Under the pieces are notes generated by a model, which made no database searches, was not told where the DNA came from, and saw nothing but the letters and a program-made list of their open reading frames with translations. Of a stretch of DNA of 64,000 bases, positions 1-46,727 are shown in pieces; positions within the stretch are counted from its first letter, which is position 1; each line of letters begins with the position of its first letter. The position numbers and the translations under genes are program-made. Source of the stretch: Hormiphora californensis (taxonomy: Eukaryota > Animalia > Ctenophora); NCBI GenBank assembly GCA_020137815.1, contig CM035360.1, positions 4,340,001 to 4,404,000 of the forward strand. Reading direction: 5' to 3'.

Positions 1-459
1 GGGGGAAGTTTATGCACCCGGTAAATTGGAGTTCCAGTAAATAGGGGTCCGCAAAACAAATAACTTAGCAGAACTTAGTGAGAAATGAATCAAATTCTAA
101 TCGCCGATTGTTTTTTACACTTTACGGTTTAATAAATGGGAGGTACTAAACAACACACATACTTTACCGGTGATAGGGATGTGGACCCATTCGAAACAGA
201 ATGTTGGTAATATATAGGCGCGGCAGCAGCACCAAACAAACACCATTTCTGGCGATATTATTGGTAATTTTTACCAAGACCCTGAGTCTTCCTGGGTCGC
301 TACTGTCATGTTTAATTGGTATCGTTTTACTACATGCTAGATAACGCCCCGTGTGTAGTCCACCACCGATTTAATCAATTATCGGGTCCCAATTTACCGG
401 GCAAAACCCTTTCCCCGAGCATCCCCTCAGGTCTAGTATGTATTTACAACCCCCCGCAG

Positions 460-1225
460 GTGAACATGTGTTCTTTCTTGGTTATTTTTACAGCAGATAC
501 TATTCCTAGGGAAGCTAAAACCTTCAGATATCTAAAGGACAAGGAAATCGTTTACAGCAGGTGATTTCTTCACTCTCTCTATCTACTGTCTATCTGTCTA
601 TCTGTATATCTTCCATCTGTCTATCTCCTTCTAAACTCTGTCCCGCTGATCCCCCTATTTTTTATCGGAACATTTAGAACAGTGTATAACACAAGATCAA
701 TGTAATGGATCGTTAATAGCACCGTCCCACGGTCTCCACCAACGTAGCATACACGCCACAATGACAGATGGCACCCACACTCAGGTGACCTACATGGGAA
801 CTAAAATACCTCTGTTTATCGACCTCAACCTCTGCACCCTCATTATCTTCTGGCGGAGCAAGGACCTACGGCGCATGTTCTGGGATATTGTAGAGGCAAC
901 TAAAGGAATCTGCAGTAAAAGATGCATCCCTAAAGGTTGGAATTGCTTTCCGTTTTTCTTAGTTACTTATAGACAGATTTACACAATGGTATATTTTACC
1001 GTGCTCTATCCTGTTTCCCGTTAGAACATAACAAGGTATATTTTACATTTTACAATAAAAATCATCATCTTTTCCACTGAAACAGGCCCACAGAATCAAA
1101 ACTGTAATGGAACTACGGGAGATAAAACGTACCAATACAACGCAAGATGGGACAGCAGCAACAAAAGTCACCATACCATCCAACTCCGTACCTAGCACTG
1201 GAGTCGCAAGTCGTCGTCCTAGCTA
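460..1225 (+). CDS. 3' exons of a divergent class-A-like GPCR (TM6-TM7-helix 8 and tail), 5' part uncertain or outside window
   Basis: AG/GT-bounded exons at ~460-560 (VNMCSFLVIFTAD...) and ~785-935 (VTYMGTKIPLFIDLNLCTLIIFWRSKDLRRMFWDIV, TM7 plus helix-8-like pattern); probable last exon from ~1086, frame uncertain. Confidence 0.45.
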
Positions 1226-1656
1226 GTTTAGAGGGGGCAATGATGCATCAAGAAAACACGACTCTCTTGCCTCTTTTTTGCTGATTTTTTAATGGTTTGC
1301 GTTGTAATGGTAACCATTCAAAAATAATTACAGCTTGTTTGATCTTTGTCATACACACAGGTCTTATTTCCGAATCTTGCCAGAATGTTTGTTGATGTAT
1401 CTCAGATCCTGGTAGCCTGGCGGGCTTGAGTTTTCCTCGCTTATAGAGTTGTGTAACTAGAGCTGGTTTCAAATCTATCAATGATGATTTTGCCCTTCCA
1501 ATTCTTGCTTGTTTTACAGTTATGTACTTCATCAGACAGATGGAATCCCGCTTATTTATTGCTGCCTTGATCTTGTTAGCTTTCGTGCATACTTTTATTT
1601 TTCTAGCTTCAGTGGGAATTTGTTATTATTGTTGTCCATCGCTATTACTAATTGTA

Positions 1657-2513
1657 CCGTGTGCGGCAAAAAAAATCCCCCCCTAGACCACCATAGTTGC
1701 CGATGTGGTGGAGAGCTGTAACTTGGCAGGGTTGCTCCACTATGTCTATCTTGATCCTGACAGAAAATCAGAGCTCTAGCTCAAAATTCATTTTCATGAA
1801 CGGAATGAACATTGTCATTCATTCCGAAAAATATTTTCCGGTCCAAATTTAACTAATTCTGTTTGGCTATCGTTAGCTTTCCAATGTGACCAAATCAGCT
1901 AAATTGGACAACCACAAGAGACACAAGTGTCATTTTCTTAAAGTTAGTCAGGTCAGTGATCTTCACTGAATCGTTGATCGTGTTCAGTATTACGAATTGG
2001 TCTAAGGGGTAGAGAATCACGTATCACATCTGCTAATGAGGGATGACGATGCTGATTGGTCATCAGATCTGTAGCTCTTTGATAATGTCCTCTTTCCTCG
2101 AATCACATCACCCTGTATTGGTACACATACCCATTAGCGGCCATGATACGAGATTCCTTTGCCCATTGGCCCGATTGCAATCCCGGAAACTCAACGATTC
2201 GGTGAAGATCACATGACCTGACTAACTTAAGCAACATGACACTGTGTCTCTTGTGGTTGTCCAATTTAGCTGATCTTGGTCACATTGGAAAGCAAATCGA
2301 TAGCCAAACATAGTTGTTAAATTTTGGACCGGAAAATATTTTTTCCTGGAATGAATGACAATGTTCTTCGTTCATGAAAATGAATTTGAGCTAGAGCTCT
2401 GATTTTCTGTCAGGATCAAGATAGACATAGTGGAGCAACCCTGCCAAGTTACAGCTCTCCACCACATCGGCAACTATGGTGGTCTAGGGGGGGAATTTTT
2501 TTGCCGCACACGG
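1657..2513. mobile_element. Non-autonomous foldback/MITE, Tc1-mariner-like (TA target duplication)
   Basis: TA|CCGTGTGCGGCAAAAA ... TTTTTGCCGCACACGG|TA; ~300 bp inverted arms with further degenerate symmetry towards the centre; no transposase. Confidence 0.9.
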
Positions 2514-2593
2514 TATTTAGTAATACTATTTACCCTTACCCATTTAGGAGTTCCTTCTAATTAAGCTAACACCATATCTCACTTGTAGAGGTC

Positions 2594-3908
2594 ATGTCTG
2601 TTACCTCCTACTGCAGTTCTGTTACCATGGTTACCCTCCCCACCTGCAGTTCCGTTACCATGGTTACCACCCCCTCCTGTTCCCCTCACCTCCTGCACCT
2701 TCCCGATGAACTCATGCTGTTACTGTTACACCATTGTGATGGCCAGACCCTTCACCAGCTGTCCCGTACTTGTAACAGGTATAATGGCTTAATTAATTAA
2801 TTGGCTGATAAATTATTTTGTTAATTAATTAACTAATTAATTAGTATTCATAACACAAGTTTCCAATTTGGTCTCCTCCATATTACTGAGGCTCATTGTA
2901 CCAAACAATATTTGCTTTTTTCGACCCTTGGCCTTGCCTTGTTCGACCCTCTTTCTCTTTTTGTTGCTTTATTAGATGCTAAACAAAACAACACATTCAA
3001 CAACTCCTTACCCCTCTCGCCTCCTGCAGGTTAAGAGACTTGACGACGGGGGATCCGAGGTTATGGGAGGATAGGTTTAGAAGGGACTACGGAGTCTCTG
3101 TCCAGGGGCCTAGGGCCAGGGAGGCCTACCTTTATATCTCCCGACAGATAGGTATACTACCAGGAGCACTGTAATATCATTCAATAACCGCCATGATAGC
3201 CTTGCTTTAAGAAGCGTAAGAAAGGATGCGATTCTATACCGAACACGTGTAACTGCTTCCTCTACCTCTTCCACTAGTTAAACTAGTTTTAGTTTTCGTA
3301 GTATGTGCAGTATTTTAGTAAACTGAATATAGAGAAAACGTAGTCTCATTTAGGAGAGAGGTATAATTAGTCTCTGTTCTAATGAAGCTGCATCTTTTGT
3401 TACGCAGGTACCGGTACATTTCAGTTGTCCTCCATTCCCCTTCTTTATATCTCTCCTACCAATTCTCTACTCTCAAAACAACAGGGATAGCCGGTCAGCC
3501 TACCTGCAGGTCTTTAGAAATCAGTTCTTACTAAAGCCATGTATTTAGCGGCTAGATTCTAACTCATATTCTTACTTCCTACCTAAACCTAAACTTATAA
3601 CACTCTCTCAGGACGTGACGGCAGGATCATCACTCCGATCCTCCCCCTGGCTCTCCAACTGCTACATGGATCTCAAGATCACACCGGACACAAGGGCGCT
3701 TATCTGGAGCAACTGCCGTCAGGACCAGTATACAGAAAAGAGGCGGGATCTGTTTGCATTAGACATTAGTTCGGGGGGAAGATTGAAGTGCTTGATCACG
3801 GACAGAGAACATGATTGTCAGTTGAGACTTTGTAGATCTGGTACTAGGACGTTGTTTAGGTCACAATGCTTGGTACCCATTGTAGGTACTAACTGTTTTT
3901 ATTTCTGA
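2594..3908 (+). CDS. F-box protein, multi-exon
   Basis: Exon 2594-2778 spliced to exon from 3030 gives LLHLPDELMLLLLHHCDGQTLHQLSRTCNRLRDLTTGDPRLW, a typical F-box; further exons at ~3485-3509 and from ~3613; 3' end approximate. Confidence 0.8.
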
Positions 3909-4949
3909 TATATTTGTATAGATCTTAGTTGTTATTAATATCGGTGATTGTTTGGTGTGTTAGTCAATGTTAGTTGGCTCACGATCAAAGGAATATTATC
4001 TGATATTATCATTTGTATATTATCATGTGTAAACCGCAGTGGAGGTACTATTGCGAACAAAAGTTTTATCAGAATGACGGTTTCTTTATCTTCTAACCAG
4101 CAAACAGAAAGTAATAAGGGAATTAGGGGGACAAAGGAAGAGGGGGATAGAAAAAGAGAGAAAGCGAGAAAGGGAGGGGAGGGGAAAATAGAGCGATGGC
4201 GAAAGAGGGTGAGAGAGAGGGGGGAGAGAAGTTTCTTTCTTCTACTCCTTTTTCATTTATCACTTTTTCGAAAACTGCTTCCGCCTGTGCCCTGCATGTA
4301 GTGACGAGCTGTGTGAGTAGAGAAGAGAGATCAGATAGAGAGTAGAGAGAGAGATCAAGATAGAGCGAGAGCAGAGCAGATCAGAGACTCGACGTCGCTT
4401 CTGCTCGCTCCCATGCCGCTCGCTCGCTCGGCTCGTCTCTCCGACGCGCTCTGACTCTCTCCTCTCCCTCGCTCTCTCTCAATCGTCTCCTTTGTAGATC
4501 TCCCGTCTTCTTCTTTTTCTTTCTCTACTTTACCTTTTATCCTCTCTATTTCAATAGAATTCTGGTTAACCACTTTTCCACAACTGCATACAATGTTACA
4601 GCTATCTTTGTTCTCCTCCTCCTCCTCCTCTATCACCGCACCAACACTTCCCCCCCCTCATCCTTCCCCCTCTTTGTTTCGTTTTTTATTACATCCATGC
4701 TGTTTCCCGCTCTCTTCCTCTTTTTATGTTTTTTCCGGCTTCCCTTTCTCGCTTGTCATCCAGTTCGGGTTTAATAATGCGGGGGAAGTAAGGATTGATG
4801 TGACGAAATGTGCTAGTATGGTCTGTTGTGCTGGGGATTTGAGCGTGGGAGTAATGGGCCAGCGGGGAAGGGGAAGGTTTGATCTCTATGCTAATTCGAC
4901 CTGGGATGAAAACAAGACGGTAGGGTTAGGGTTGGGTGTTGGTGGTGAT

Positions 4950-6980
4950 ATCTTCTGTGGTGTGGGAGCTAAGTTGAAGCCAAAATCCGGACCAACATGC
5001 GTAGTGGATGAAGAGGCAGTTGTGAAATGGGATTACGAGTGTATGGAATGTAAGAGAGTCAGTATTACGATATCACCAAAAACAGTGCAAAGGATGTCCC
5101 GCGGACACCCACTCTCCTACTGCTTCGGATATCTGCTGCCGCCCTCTCACCCACGTTCTCAACACAGCTAAAACCGGGTGCATCACGTGTCCCTCCGACC
5201 AAGTCCCCAATGAATCTAAAACGGGCTGCGAGTACTGTCCTCGGGGGAAGGTACTCCAGGATGGGAAGTGTAGGGCATGCCCAGCTGGACATACCACATA
5301 CCCGGAGGAGGATAGGGGCGTGTGTGTTGGACCCAGGTATTTCTTTTGCAGTACCCTAGGAACTATCCAAATATATATGACCCAAACTCTTGTTGGACCA
5401 CTATTGGACCACTGTGCTACCCCCCCCCCCTGTTATGTTCTCACCCTCCTTTACATTTGTTTCGCCTTAAAATTACCACTGTTGACCAGGTTGACCCTTC
5501 TTATTCACTCTCTTCTGCAGGTTGACCCTGAACGGTGGCCAGATGGTGGTGGGTGTAGCGGTGAGTCAGTTTGAGGACCCACCCACTACGGAGAGAGTTC
5601 AGTTTGTGGAGTGCTCATGGAGATTGGAAGGTGTATAAGAATAAAGGGTGGGCGGTGGAGAAGGGGATGATAATGGAGAACTATACCAGCGGGTACCGAT
5701 ACGATAGAACCATCAGAAAGAGGTGAGAAAGAAGAAAACATGAGCTAGATAAGAGTGAAATTTAGAGAATCAGACAGAAATCAAGAGAATGAATAATGAT
5801 ATAGAAGTAGGGAGAAAGAGATACGAAAAAGATAGAGGGAAATCATATAAAGACCCACTTCTCAAATTCGTTTACAGGGGTTCTCTGAATTCGGCAGCCC
5901 CGGTAATAATAGATGTTGAATGTTATACGGGCAATGGGGCAAACTACCAGGGATATCGCAGTAAAACTGCAACAGGAACCGAGTGTACAGGTATATTATT
6001 GTCGGTCCCCGATTTACCGGAGCCCCGATATACCGGGCAAAACCCTAGCAAGGTGCCCCATTCATGACCGAAATACATAGCTTTCGTGATAATAATAATT
6101 CTGAAGCCACCCCATACCATTTCTCCAAAGTTTCTCGACTAAACCCTTTCTGAATCCCGACCCCAATTCCCCAGGTAGCCTGAAGTCTAGATTGATTCTT
6201 GGTAAGCTTGTTCACCTTTGTCGGTCAGATGGGGTCCATCTCCAGGAGCCCTACTGTCTGGTTGGAGATGGCCGCGTATCATGTGGCGTGCCCAAATGCA
6301 AAGGTTTGTGAGCCCATATATGGGCATATGACGTCATAAACTGACCATATATGGGCATATACCAGGTGCAAAGGTTTGTACCGATCACGTACTGGGTCTG
6401 GTCTACATGATCACTGAATTTTATTACTTCATCTGCATCAGAAGTATTTCTTGATATTGTTTTTCTCAGCCTGAAATTATATCCACTTGTCTTGCAAGAG
6501 ACAGAGAGTTTTACAAGTTCACACTTCCTCCAGAATCAGGTCTTACAGCGGGGGCAGGCCAGCACCACCAAGAAATGTGAATACACAGTGCAGACTGTGG
6601 GAGGGTTTACCAGAACAGAAGGGGTAGTACCAGGGTTTTCTACCCGCCAAGAAGCACAGGATATGTGCGATTCACTTGGTAAGCATGGTGTGAGGTTATA
6701 TTTTTATTCTGATTAGGGATTGTTGTTCCTTGTCCGTTGCAACTTGAGTTCTAATTCGGCATTCTTGGTAGCAAAATTCTACACACGTGCTTCAAATTCC
6801 CAGCTTTTTCGTGTTTTCACCCATTCAGAAACAACTTTCTTACAGCAAATTACTTTACATTTAGAATCGGTGGGTAACCATGGTAACCAAGGAGAATGCT
6901 ACAGAAAGTTCCTATGCTCATGATGTGATGATCAAGGAAACGGACTGTGAGCCGTACCACGGTGTCTACTTTGAGAATTG
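4950..6980 (+). CDS. Extracellular mosaic protein: CxxCP Cys-rich (ephrin-receptor-like/GCC-type) repeats plus kringle domain; 5' end lost in low-quality sequence
   Basis: CKGCPADTHS..CITCPSDQVPNESKTGCEYCPRGKV..CRACPAGH (~5085-5335); kringle ECYTGNGANYQGYRSKTATGTEC (~5920-5990) and EPYCLVGDGRVSCGVPKC (~6230-6300); several 1-nt frameshifts. Confidence 0.7.
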
Positions 6981-7303
6981 ATTGATTTTGTGAATTATGC
7001 AATTTAATGTCCGTATTTGAAAGCAATGTTTAGGAAATTAGCGACTTATAAAATATCAGAGTTAGCAGAGAGTGTGTGTGTGTGTGACTGAATTAGCAAT
7101 ATTAGGTTGCGAGTTTAGGTAATGTATTTTGTATTGTCGGCACCCGGTGCACTGCAACTGTAATATTTTGTATTGTGCAAATACTGTTTTTACTACCCCA
7201 TTTGATACAGTTTTGCAATAATTACCGTTTTTCACTGACTCCAAATCGTGTGGCCCGCCACAACTTTGTTTTCTATAACAATCAGGTAACTTATATTGAC
7301 TCA

Positions 7304-28866
<21,563 letters not shown>

Positions 28867-29093
28867 ATTTTCATACTAGAACAAAGTGATAGAGAAGGAG
28901 GACGGGATGAGGGATCTTGGTCCGACCTTGGCCGGGTTATAATTTGTTTTTTGGGCGAGGCATAAAGTTAATACAGATAGTTAATTGGTTCGTCAACATG
29001 TTTTAGCGTGTTGATACAGTTCTTTTCAACCGAGTACCGTACGGGAAGTGGAAAATAGCTCAAGGGAGGGGGTGAAAACTTCGAATTTTTTAA

Positions 29094-30098
29094 TAGTAGG
29101 GACGAATCTCTTATAAAAAGAAGTGGTTGACACACTATTTGGTGAAAAGCAAATTCCGGTTGTAACCCACCTATTTTGACCCGCTGAACAAGATCCCGTT
29201 CATAGGTAAGGTCGCAAAATTGGAGAACATGCCCAAATCGGCCACGCCCTTTTACCTGTATTTTTAGCCTGTAGCCAAAAACATAAGTCCTCTTAGAATA
29301 GGAGTAGAGACAAATCTGAGGGCACTAAAGTGATCAGCGCCCTCGCATTAGTGGGGGTAGGTGCCGGAATTAAGTCTCTATCTCATCTGGTTAATTAGAT
29401 AATTGGATAATTAGGTTTGCGCATAACCGTTTTTTGGCTATATGGCTATAGCCACTTAGAAATGGTTTAGAGGCTTTTCACTGGCGCCATTTTGTAGGCA
29501 ATAGCCAAGTTATGGGGGGTCGACGTCGGACTTTTAAGCTCTATCTCCAACCGTTTAGCCGTTATTTGGCTTAAACGATGCTCAAAATGAGCGAAAAAAC
29601 GGTAAAAAGCCCGATTTTGAGCATCGTTTAAGCCAAATAACGGCTAAACGGTTGGAGATAGAGCTTAAAAGTCCGACGTCGACCCCCCATAACTTGGCTA
29701 TTGCCTACAAAATGGCGCCAGTGAAAAGCCTCTAAACCATTCCTAAGTGGCTATAGCCATATAGCCAAAAAACGGTTATGCGCAAACCTAATTATCCAAT
29801 TATCTAATTAACCAGATGAGATAGAGACTTAATTCCGGCACCTACCCCCACTAATGCGAGGGCGCTGATTACTTTACTGCCCTCAGATTTGTCTCTACTC
29901 CTATTCTAAGAGGATTTATGTTTTTGGCTACAGGCTAAAAATACAGGTAAAAGGGCGTGGCCGATTTGGGCATGTTCTCCAATTTTCCGACCTTACCTAT
30001 GAACGGGATCTTGTTCAGCGGGTCAAAATAGGTGGGTTACAACCGGAATTTGCTTTTCACCAAATAGTGTGTCAAAAAATTAAGATTCGTCCCTACTA
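29094..30098. mobile_element. 1-kb near-perfect palindromic non-autonomous DNA transposon, Academ-like
   Basis: TAA|TAGTAGGGACGAATCT ... AGATTCGTCCCTACTA|TAA (3-bp duplication, TAGT termini); ~460 bp arms with a handful of mismatches and ~25 nt spacer. Confidence 0.9.
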
Positions 30099-30730
30099 TA
30101 AAATCCGGGTGCCTCGACGCGAAGCCGAAGCATGTTTAAAGTCCGTTTCAAGCGATTTGACCCGTAATTCTTGGAATTTGGCGCATTGCGCGTGTATTTA
30201 CAAAGGGGAAATCCTGAATTTCCAGGAATCTCAGGTCAAGTCGTTTGAAACGCACTTTAATATTGCACGGCGCGGCGCGAGTTTGAACACTTTTTGCATC
30301 GCTTAATTTGCTGAGAAACGTAACGCGCGATATGATTCACAATTCATTGGGCGCGTTTGCTTAAAAATGGTTTTCGGATCACGAATTCAAAGTTTTTTTG
30401 GTTCCCTCTTTAAATTTTTCTCCAAAACACACGTTTGTTTTCTTTTTCCTCTCACAGTGGGTCCATCTCAGATTACAGATATCTGTATCTGGAAACAGCT
30501 GAAAGAGTTTCGCCTCCCTCTCACTCTTGTATTTGTATTTCAAAATTCAAGTGTACTCCCTCAGTCCTCAAACCCGGACAATAAATGTATATTTGTATTT
30601 GTAAATAATAATAATAAAATAATGTATTTGTATTTGTGTTTGACTGAAATTAAAGTGAAATTCCCGAGTTGAATTGAATTGAAATCTGAGGTTAACCGTT
30701 AAGTGACTAGTACTTCACAATTTCTGCAGT

Positions 30731-32554
30731 ATGTCAGAAGATGCAGAATACACTCGGTTATTCGTAGGTGGACTTCCCGATCATGCGGTCGACAAAGAGG
30801 AAATGCGGGAGGTAATAGTTCTAGTAGTGTACTTTCATTTTATACGCAGTTGAAGCCAGTTTTCGTGGTTGTTCAGAACCTGTTTGTTAAGAATCATTAA
30901 AGAAAACTAGCAAGGTAACTTTTCAGGCATTCTCAGAGTGCGGTCAGGTGGTCGATGTTTGGGTGGCGTACGACCCTCCTGGGTTTGCTTTTGTTGAATT
31001 TGCAACTGCCGAAGAGGCTCGCCACGCCAAGGAGGCAATGCATTTGAAGGAGATCTGGGGAGTTAAAATCAGGTAAGCAATTATAAACAATAATCGGGTG
31101 TTTACTTTTGAAAACACCAGGGTATGTAATAATGTCATTATTGACTTGATTTGTAACGTAGTTATTGGTAACAAAAAGAGGGATTTTGTACCAATGATAA
31201 CTCCTTTCAGGATAGAGATAACAAAGCGGAGAAAGGGTCAAAACCGAGCCACGGGGAAAGATGTCGAGTTGGGAGACAAACCTCGGTTATTTGTCGGAGG
31301 ATTAGAGGAGGGTGTTACAGATAGTCAGCTGAAGGAGCTATTCCAGGAAATAGGACCTGTTACTGATACTTTCGTGGCTTCAGGCAAAGGTGCAGTTGCC
31401 ATCGATATTAATTGCAGGATTAATCTTTTCTAACTACCAACCGTTTAGTGGATACTAACTATTCAGTATTCAGTGTTGAGTCAATAGTATTGACTCAACA
31501 CTGAATACTGAATATTATTATTATTACTGAATACATCGAATACACTGCAGTATTCAGTATTGACTCAATACTGAATACTACAGTGTATTCGATGTATTCA
31601 GTAATAATAATAATAGGGCTACATTGTTTAATTCTGATCTAGTTTCATCAAAATCGGGGCCGTTCTCTCACACTTTAATTAATTATTAATTGGATTTCTC
31701 TTCAGGGTATGGTTTTGTTGAGTTTTCCAGTATGGCCCACGCTAAGCGTGCCATGAGAACATACGATAACACACTACAACTGGGCAGTACAATGCGGATT
31801 GAGATGTCCAACTCTAAATCATCAGAAGGGGGAGGTGGTGGGAGAGGGAGGGGAGGGCGAGGAGGATCTAGGGGTAGGGGTGGTAGTAGGGGAGGTTACT
31901 CCAGAGGAGGGAGAGATAGGGATGGGGGATATAGCTCCTCACGGGGATCTAGAGGAGGATCACGATATGAACGGTTAGTTAAATTCTTCTTGAACGATTT
32001 AGAAATTTTAGCTTCCTTCTCTTCTTCGTAATGTTTCCATTAACACACGTCAACCCCATCCTTTCAGAGGTTCATCACGGCGGCCTCCCCCTCGACAATC
32101 CTACTACGATGATGATGCCTATGCAGACCCCTACTACGCCTCAGCACCACCCCCACCCCGCCGGAAACACCCCTACGCTCGACCTGCAGTAGCAGACCCA
32201 TACGGTGCTGACCCGTACGCAGATCCCTACCAATACGAAGAGACATACGCTCCGGCTGATGCGTATGCCACTGATGCGTATGCAGATGACCCTTACGCTG
32301 AAGACCCTTACGCAGAGAGTTATGTTGTTGCGGCTCCTCCTCCTACAGCTGCACGTGCAAAACGAAGGATTGTACCAGCCGCCCCAGGGAGGGAGGCGTA
32401 CTATGTGTATCAGCAACCCGCACCTGCTAGACGTGCAGCACCCCCACCCCCTGGGGAGGAGGCTTCCCCTGCAAAGCGACCAACCGATCCACGAGTGGTA
32501 GCCAGACGAGCCCGACCAAGACCTGTTGCATATGAAACGTATGAGGAGTATTAG
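30731..32554 (+). CDS. Two-RRM RNA-binding protein (SRSF3/7-like first RRM) with RGG tract and Tyr/Asp/Pro-rich tail
   Basis: RLFVGGL..VWVAYDPPGFAFVEF; second RRM RLFVGGL..KGYGFVEF; RGG repeats; ADPY repeats; five exons with consistent phases. Confidence 0.9.
31460..31613. repeat. Two adjacent near-perfect hairpins built from TATTCAG units (probable MITE remnant)
   Basis: 31460-31514 27-bp stem with 1-nt loop; 31515-31613 ~48-bp stem. Confidence 0.85.
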
Positions 32555-32832
32555 GACACTTTCGAGTGGGGTTAATAGTACAAAAACAAGATGGGAGTAA
32601 TGAGGGATTGAGAGAGAAGGAAGGAGAGAGACAATGTGTGTGCAGAAATCGACCATGATGAATGAATGATGGTCATATTTTATCATTTATTTATTATATA
32701 AGTACACTCTTCAGCAGTTTTCTGTTAATCTGATGAGTTTTATTTCTGATCAATTAATTAAATTAACTGATTAATTAATTAAATTAACTGATTAATATTT
32801 AACGATCCTGATTGCTCGCTTCAGACTGTTGT

Positions 32833-44932
<12,100 letters not shown>

Positions 44933-45089
44933 GAAATACAGTGGAGTTGTTTGTTGGTTTCACACCAATGGTATCGTAAGAGTGTGATCAGTCGTTTGTT
45001 GGTGGTGTGAGAGTGTGGTCAGTTATGGTGGAAAGTGTGGTATTACGAGTAATTTGAGTACAATATGCTTCAGCTTACAGTTCACTAAA

Positions 45090-45465
45090 CAGTCGGACCC
45101 CGATTTATATTACTGGAACCCGAGTTTCTCGAGGGGATAAATTTCTAGCAGAAATTATAGCAGTATTTCACCCATAGTTAGTTAATGTCCACGAAACCCT
45201 TTCCCCCAAACATCCCGGTAAATCGGGGTTCGACTGTATGATTTAATATATTTTATGCGTGTATATCATATGACATTGCTTCTTTAAATGGTACAGTCGG
45301 ACCCCGATTTAGGGGCCCCCGATTTAGTGGCACCCCGATTTAGGGACAGGATTTTTTTTCCCCGATATAGGAAATTAACCTTATTTGACCCCGATTTAGT
45401 GGACACCCCGATTTAGTGGACAAGAGCCTTTCCCCCGAGGGTGTCCCTAAATCGGGGTCCGACTG
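45090..45465. mobile_element. Two copies (45090-45236, 45294-45465) of a pogo/Tc1-mariner-type MITE
   Basis: TA|CAGTCGGACCCCGATTTA ... TAAATCGGGGTCCGACTG|TA with internal CCCCGATTTA repeats; fragments also at ~1-51, ~380-425, ~6000-6050, ~9820-9935. Confidence 0.9.
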
Positions 45466-45904
45466 TAGTTACATTGTGTTATTATCTACCCTGCCTGGTA
45501 GCTCACTTTGCTTACTTTTATGACGCACATTTACCGTGTTTATCTTCCATTGTACTAGCGGATTCTCTCTCTCCCCCCTCTCTCTCTCTTTCTCCTCTCT
45601 CTCTATCTATCTTTCTCTCTCTCTCACATCATCTCTCAAGTCTTCTCATTTCCATCGAACACAAATTGCTTCCCTATCTTATGTTTGCTTTCTCCTTGTC
45701 TTCAGTCTTGACCGCAACTACGGTTCAGTTATCCGCATTCCTATCTAGCCCAAAATTGAATGAATGATTATATTGTAGACTCCATATTATATTAATAATT
45801 GATAGCATAATATCCTCCCCAGTTCCCATTACAATGCAATCCCCCAAACTCACTGTATACAATTCACCCAGCTAACTTTCACCCCTCCTCCCCTATATAG
45901 GAAC

Positions 45905-46426
45905 ATGTCCCATCCCCACGGACCACCTGGAGGGTACCACCATCCACCTGGACCTCACGGACCCCACCCTGGGCCTCACGGACCCCACCCTGGACCCCCT
46001 GGTGGACCACATTATCATCCCGGACCTCATGCTCCTCCCGGTGCCTACCCCGCCGGATACTACCCTCCTCCTCCATACAACCCTGCTGCGGAATGTCCAC
46101 CACCTCCTCCACCTGGTCCACATGGGGGACATCCTCCACCAGGTCCCTCACCACCACCCCATCACGGAGGACCCCCACCCCATCACGGGGGTATTGTTGC
46201 TGATGTGGTCGGTGGGATTATCCACGCACCGGGCAGGCTGGCCCATGCCGTAGCGGGTGCACTGGACCCCCATCCTAAACACCATGGACCCCATCATGGA
46301 CCACCTGGACCCCATCACCATGGACCCGGACCCCACCATGGACCTGGTGGGCACCATGGAGGTCATCATGGACATCATGGACACGGTGGGGGCCACCATG
46401 GGCATGGAGGTCATGGACATCACTAA
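45905..46426 (+). CDS. 173-aa His/Pro/Gly-rich protein with central amphipathic segment
   Basis: ATG just after an AG acceptor, synonymous variation among repeats, GGIVADVVGGIIHAPGRLAHAVAGAL core, His-rich C-terminus. Confidence 0.8.
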   Translation: MSHPHGPPGGYHHPPGPHGPHPGPHGPHPGPPGGPHYHPGPHAPPGAYPAGYYPPPPYNPAAECPPPPPPGPHGGHPPPGPSPPPHHGGPPPHHGGIVADVVGGIIHAPGRLAHAVAGALDPHPKHHGPHHGPPGPHHHGPGPHHGPGGHHGGHHGHHGHGGGHHGHGGHGHH

Positions 46427-46727
46427 CTTGTGTTATTCGGAAAAGAGAGGAAGAGAGAGAGAGAGGAGTGATAAAATAAACAGAAAATAGAAAAACAGGT
46501 TTCAGAATCAGGTTTTGGCGTGAAAAAAATGACCTTCATTTAATTACGACCTCGTTGGAAAGGATCAAGGCCGGAGAGACTGATTTATGTCAATCTAATC
46601 ATAATGATACTGTTTGTTTATGTAAGCTGAAAATAACTGTATAAAAGTGCTCCTTTTGCCCTGTAAACTAGTCACTATTACTCGTTTACTGTACTGCTCT
46701 AAAGATTTCTTGCTGCTGACTGAAAGA

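Noticed and set aside
1248-1532. 94-aa basic minus-strand ORF, possibly a small gene or the missing myosin tail exon
   Set aside because: No recognisable motif or convincing splice context; cannot be supported
4100-4900. GA-rich then CT-rich quasi-palindrome with ORFs
   Set aside because: Looks like a noisy consensus of microsatellites; arms do not align
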